From Azolla caroliniana (Eukaryota > Plantae > Polypodiophyta): a DNA stretch of 64,000 nt. Within the stretch, counting starts at the first letter, position 1; every line of letters begins with the position of its first letter. Where the stretch lies: contig JBHGNT010000016.1 in assembly GCA_043228905.1 (NCBI GenBank), positions 14,632,001 through 14,696,000 of the forward strand, written 5' to 3'. Under the pieces are notes generated by a model. It worked only from the letters and a program-made list of their open reading frames with translations. It did not search any database and had not been told where the DNA came from. Made by a program: the position numbers and the translations under genes. Of the stretch, positions 59,703 to 64,000 are shown piece by piece.

Positions 59703-61168
59703 TGTTACGGGCATGACCATGTAATATCCCATGGTGAGAATTTACTTTAGCATTCTATACACGTTGTCGTGCCTTTTGGCGCCGGATCGTTGCGTGAGTC
59801 AGGTGGGAACAGCCGGGGTTTTGGACTAGGAGGAGGAAGAATTTGAGGCTAATCTAGTTATGAGTAGATTACAAGAAAGAGATATAGAAACTTGTGAATC
59901 CCACAAGTATAGATTATTAGATTTATTACTATTTAGAATCCTAATAACAATTTATCATAGATTGGAAGAGATAGATTATATAAAACTTCCTGAATCCCAC
60001 GATTATATTTTATTAATTGATGTTTTAGGAAATATATCCAATTTCCAAATATTCCACACCCCCCTTTACATTGTGCTCCCCATCCTTATATAATGATGAG
60101 AGAGTCTTCACAATCCATGCTTTTTCGCACACTTACCCTTAGACAATGTCTTAGAATTGTGACGTACACGTAAAAATACCTTTTGTCCAGGGTGGAATAC
60201 ACGAAGTTGCCTAGGATGATCGACATAAAAACGCTGTCGTGGAGAAAACCGTCCCTAGGCAGAAACCGGGTATAATGTGCGTAAACCGGCCCTTACACAT
60301 GGGCACAAGTTTTGTTGTATAGTACGTAAGTAGGTACAAGTCGCCTGAAGCGAAATCCTAGGTAGTACGCGTTCGGTAGGGAGGAAATCGAGGTGTATCC
60401 CTGTCTGAAGGACAGGGAATAAACATGATGTAACGAGTGGTAACGGCCTCCCTCCTTGGGTTATAAAAGACAAGGAGAAGTGAGAGAAAGATATCGCATT
60501 TTGGGGAGCGAGGAGGAAGTGCTATCGGACCGGGACCGAGCTCTCTCCTCCATCGTTCGACTTTCTCTGCAGGATTTCAGACTGTGTAGCCTCTGCTTCG
60601 TGGGCTTCCGGCAGAGGCTCCACTATGCAGTCGGGATGTGTGCATGCGTGAGCATCATGTGTATGTGTGTGTGTCCGCCTGGGTTGGGTTCGTCGCCAGC
60701 TTGCCAGTTGTAATCGTTGTCGATTGTAATTAAGACTTTGCTCTCTATCTCTTTCCTCCTCTATGTTTCTGCAAGCTGATCTCTTTGTGTTCCTCCTCTG
60801 ACTCCATCGTGGACTTGGTGAAGCGGAAGAGGCTCTCGACAGAACCGGAACCGGAGAGGCCGGTGGAAGTGCGGACGACACACTTAGAGGACACGACCCT
60901 AGAGGATGAGTTGGCGGAAAGCCACTACGCGAAGCCGCATTGGGCTAGGGCCACTACGGAAACCCCTTGTTCGGATTGGCGACGTCCAAGAGCCGGTGGT
61001 GGCATTGGTAGAACACGGTTCAGAGATCAACGTGATGTCCATGGACTTCTATAAAAGGGGGAAATGGCAGATCAACACCAAGCACGGGTGGAAGATACGC
61101 GCGGCGATGCGCGCTACAGAGGAGCTGCATGGTGTGTGCCCGAACGTACGCGTGAAGATCGACGACGT
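59703..61168 (+). mobile_element. Paralogs of the C stub (59703), D LTR (59765) and E 5' part (60235)
   Basis: Colinear with 10502-11979 until interrupted by F. Confidence 0.9.
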
Positions 61169-64000
61169 TGTCGCGAAGATTCGCGTGTGCGTGTGCTACT
61201 CGAGCGACCACCGGGGTCTTGGACTGGGGAGGACGTTCGCGGAATTATGGACGCTAGATGACGATCAATGTAAGATTAGATGAAATTGGTTTACTTGAGA
61301 AGAAGAAAGATTGTACACTTGAGAAGTAGAAAAATATAAAGAAGATAAAGACAAATATAATTATATTGATGATAATGGTGTTGGTGATATCACATATTGA
61401 GCCCCCCTTACACAAGCCCAACTAGAGGCTTTTATAGGTCTTTCCATTCTCGTGACATGCACAAAACCATGGGCTAAAACCATGGTTTTGTGCACACGGT
61501 TTTGCTTATGTCATGCACAAACCATAGGTTTAAAACCATGGTTTTGTGCACATGGTTTTCTATGGTTGTTTCGTCTATAATTTGTATATGAAAAGGAAAT
61601 ACATAAAATCTACACTATATGATAGTTGTCCTAGTGGTAAGGCGATTATCTTGTATCTTAGAGGTGCAAGGTTCAATCCTTGCTTGCACCCCTCTGTATG
61701 AACTCAAGTGCCACTAGGCTAGGTTTATTTGCTAAGTGCATGTGCAATGTTGCACATCCTTGGTTTATTCGTCTCACTCGGTTTCACACCGTAGCCGAAA
61801 ATCGTCACGACATCCACCCCCACCAAACCTGCACATCCTCCGGTATGTGCCGAGAAAGGTGAAGAGGTGAGATCTTTGGCAACGGTGATCAACCGAGTTC
61901 CTCTACACGCTCGTCGACTTCGTCTTCCACTTCGAGTATGCGCAATCTTTCCAACCGAACCACCGTAGCCACCCGATCCACCATATCCGGCGCTCACACC
62001 TTCTTCCCCGATCAGTTGTAGTAGATCTACCGAACGATGTCGTCGATACGACCGCTCTTCCTTCGTCCACCGTGCGTGTCCTTCGATTGGACTCCTGGCC
62101 ACTCCTCACGCTCACCGTCTTCAACTGGGTATTGTAGATCGTTCGTGTCGATCTCCGATTAGGCCGGGTTTGCCCTTGTCCGGATCGGTCTCCACCGATC
62201 GCTTCTTGGCTTGGTTGGCCTTCGTCTGCATTCACATTTCCCCGAGTCGGGCTCGATCGATTGATTCTGGCTGGGTCGGCCCCCTTTTGGATCGGAATCC
62301 TCCGATCGATTTTCGCCGAATCAGGTTTCGGCCGGGTCGGCCCCGGTCGATCGGCTCCCATGTGGATCTTCCTTCGTTCGGGTCGGAATCCCAGCCGGAT
62401 CGTCTTCCGGTTCAACCGGTTCTCGACTCTTCCTTCCTTCCCACATGCAACCTCTCCATCGAACTCAACCGCAGCTTCATCCTTGGCCTCCACGTCGGCC
62501 ATATCCTTCCCTCCGTGTATGCTCGCCTCGAGCCATATTGTCTCCTCTTCGCCACCTCCTTTATCTTCGGTCTTATGTCGACACACGGTCTCGACTGCCG
62601 AAGTCTCCGGAACCAGTGTGAAGGAATCCCTTCGTTCATTTACATTTATCTTGTCTTCTTCATCGCCCTTCCGGTCGTCCTCTTTTTTGTCCACACATTC
62701 TGTCTCTCCGGTCTCACGTTGACGCACGTGCACAACCGCCGAAGTCTCTAGAATAGGTGTGGGGATATCCTTTCTTCCTCGATCTTCTTCCTCTTTGTGT
62801 TGGGCCTTTATCTTCCCGTCACCACCTTCCGTCTCTCCGGTCTCACGTTGGCACACGGGCGCAACCGCCGAAGTCTCTGGAACAATCGTGGAGAAAGTCT
62901 TGACATGGCTATCCGTTGTCGACTCGTCCATAGCCACCTCCGACTCGATGTCGTTTGTCATGGCTACCTCCTCAATCTCTTCAGACTCAAACACTTTTTC
63001 TCCCTCGATCATGCAAACTTTTCTCATGCTTGCGCCGTCATCACCCGATGTTTCGTACACAATGCGTGTTCCGAAACATTTATCCTCCCTCGAAGTGGCG
63101 TTCGCCGTCCTCGAGTCATCGGCCTCCTCCTTCGCCGTCGTTTCTTTGTAAGACAAGAAGGTGACTTGTTTCACACCTTCTCTCTCGGTACCGTCATACC
63201 GAACCAGAGCCTTTGTATCGGCCACTTCATTAACCCGCATTTGTTGGGAGGTCTCTTCTTCCTCGATCACCATTCGCCTCGGTTTTGTCTCCCTTCTAAG
63301 CTTCATTTCTTTTGTTGGTGGCGCGTTGTTGCATCTCGTCCCTCTTCGATCGTCCCTCATGGGCCGTCTTGTTGTTGTCGATATTCTCGCTTGCCCCTTA
63401 TCGTGTAGTCGGCATACACTTTCCACTTTGCTCCAATCCTCGATGAGGCCATTTGCACCATCATCTTCTTCGAGTTTGAGGCCGATCGCCATCCTTTCCA
63501 TTCGATCGATTGACTTCACGAACATAAGGACCTTATCGACCCCCACCAATCTTTGTTCCCGCTCCGACAATTGAGAAAAATGATGCTCGAAGTCTACGAA
63601 TGCTTGTGTCGTACCTTGGTGGGTCTTCGCTGATGTCACCCATTGGTCGAAGTTGCGTCGATCTTGTCCCTTTAGTCTCTCATAGTCATATTCCTCCAAT
63701 AGAGCCTTCTCGAAAGTCGCCCACGAATCATGAGCTTCTAGAAGCTCTGTTACATCTTTGAAGATCGGTTGAGACACCACCCGACAAAAGTACTCTAGCC
63801 TCATAGCTTTGTCCACACCTCTTGAATCCATCTCCGCATTGTAGACTTTTAGGAAACTTTGGACTTCGGCACCGTTGAAATAGCTCATTCGTTCGACTAC
63901 CTTGTCGACGGCTTGTTGGGCTTCATTTCTTCTTTTCCCTTCTATCAGAAACTCCATCATCCTTTTTGACATTGCCTCCATGAGATATTCGACATCCATC
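61169..64000 (-). mobile_element. Element F: ACGY-targeting Gypsy-type element, 3' LTR 61169-61812, continues beyond the window
   Basis: TGTCGCG..CACGACA, inserted after ACGT. PPT (minus strand GGTGGGGGTGGA) resembles the PPT of E. Confidence 0.85.
61903..63999 (-). CDS. Gag-like protein (698 aa or more) with an acidic, repeat-containing extension
   Basis: Long open ORF. The N-terminus is retrotransposon-gag-like (YFNGAEVQSFLKVYNAEM..SWATFEKALLEEY), followed by three (P/L)ETSAV repeats. No pol motifs. Confidence 0.65.
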   Translation of the reverse strand: MDVEYLMEAMSKRMMEFLIEGKRRNEAQQAVDKVVERMSYFNGAEVQSFLKVYNAEMDSRGVDKAMRLEYFCRVVSQPIFKDVTELLEAHDSWATFEKALLEEYDYERLKGQDRRNFDQWVTSAKTHQGTTQAFVDFEHHFSQLSEREQRLVGVDKVLMFVKSIDRMERMAIGLKLEEDDGANGLIEDWSKVESVCRLHDKGQARISTTTRRPMRDDRRGTRCNNAPPTKEMKLRRETKPRRMVIEEEETSQQMRVNEVADTKALVRYDGTEREGVKQVTFLSYKETTAKEEADDSRTANATSREDKCFGTRIVYETSGDDGASMRKVCMIEGEKVFESEEIEEVAMTNDIESEVAMDESTTDSHVKTFSTIVPETSAVAPVCQRETGETEGGDGKIKAQHKEEEDRGRKDIPTPILETSAVVHVRQRETGETECVDKKEDDRKGDEEDKINVNERRDSFTLVPETSAVETVCRHKTEDKGGGEEETIWLEASIHGGKDMADVEAKDEAAVEFDGEVACGKEGRVENRLNRKTIRLGFRPERRKIHMGADRPGPTRPKPDSAKIDRRIPIQKGADPARINRSSPTRGNVNADEGQPSQEAIGGDRSGQGQTRPNRRSTRTIYNTQLKTVSVRSGQESNRRTRTVDEGRAVVSTTSFGRSTTTDRGRRCERRIWWIGWLRWFGWKDCAYSKWKTKSTSV

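Noticed and set aside
61623-61690. Functional tRNA gene (also 25870-26365)
   Set aside because: No convincing acceptor or anticodon stems; reported only as tRNA-like promoter boxes.

Overview
Eukaryotic, plant-type DNA. The mix of Tcn1-like chromoviruses, fungal-like Gypsy elements and a plant GH81 gene suggests a non-seed plant such as a fern (inference). Roughly three quarters of the window is nested LTR retrotransposons, most resolvable by LTR termini, PBS/PPT and target-site duplications (TSDs). The only intact host gene is a GH81 endo-1,3(4)-beta-glucanase (38670-40694, minus strand) with a His-rich loop. Positions 1-11979 recur at 54268-61168 (about 2-3% divergent by eye), a tandem segmental duplication whose copies later gained different insertions and a deletion. 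Most notable observations: (1) a very young 1.78-kb non-autonomous chromovirus with identical LTRs, a Tf1-type self-priming signal, an 11-unit tandem array and an isolated chromodomain ORF; (2) a Gypsy group that inserts after ACGY with 4-bp TSDs, two of whose LTRs carry tRNA-like A/B-box segments, including an apparently gag-only member; (3) a 13.8-kb insertion bounded by one TSD but ending in two inverted U3 ends; (4) a 'ghost' GH81 paralog that kept its flanks but lost the CDS. Element letters (A-M) are my own labels. Coordinates and identities were read by eye.
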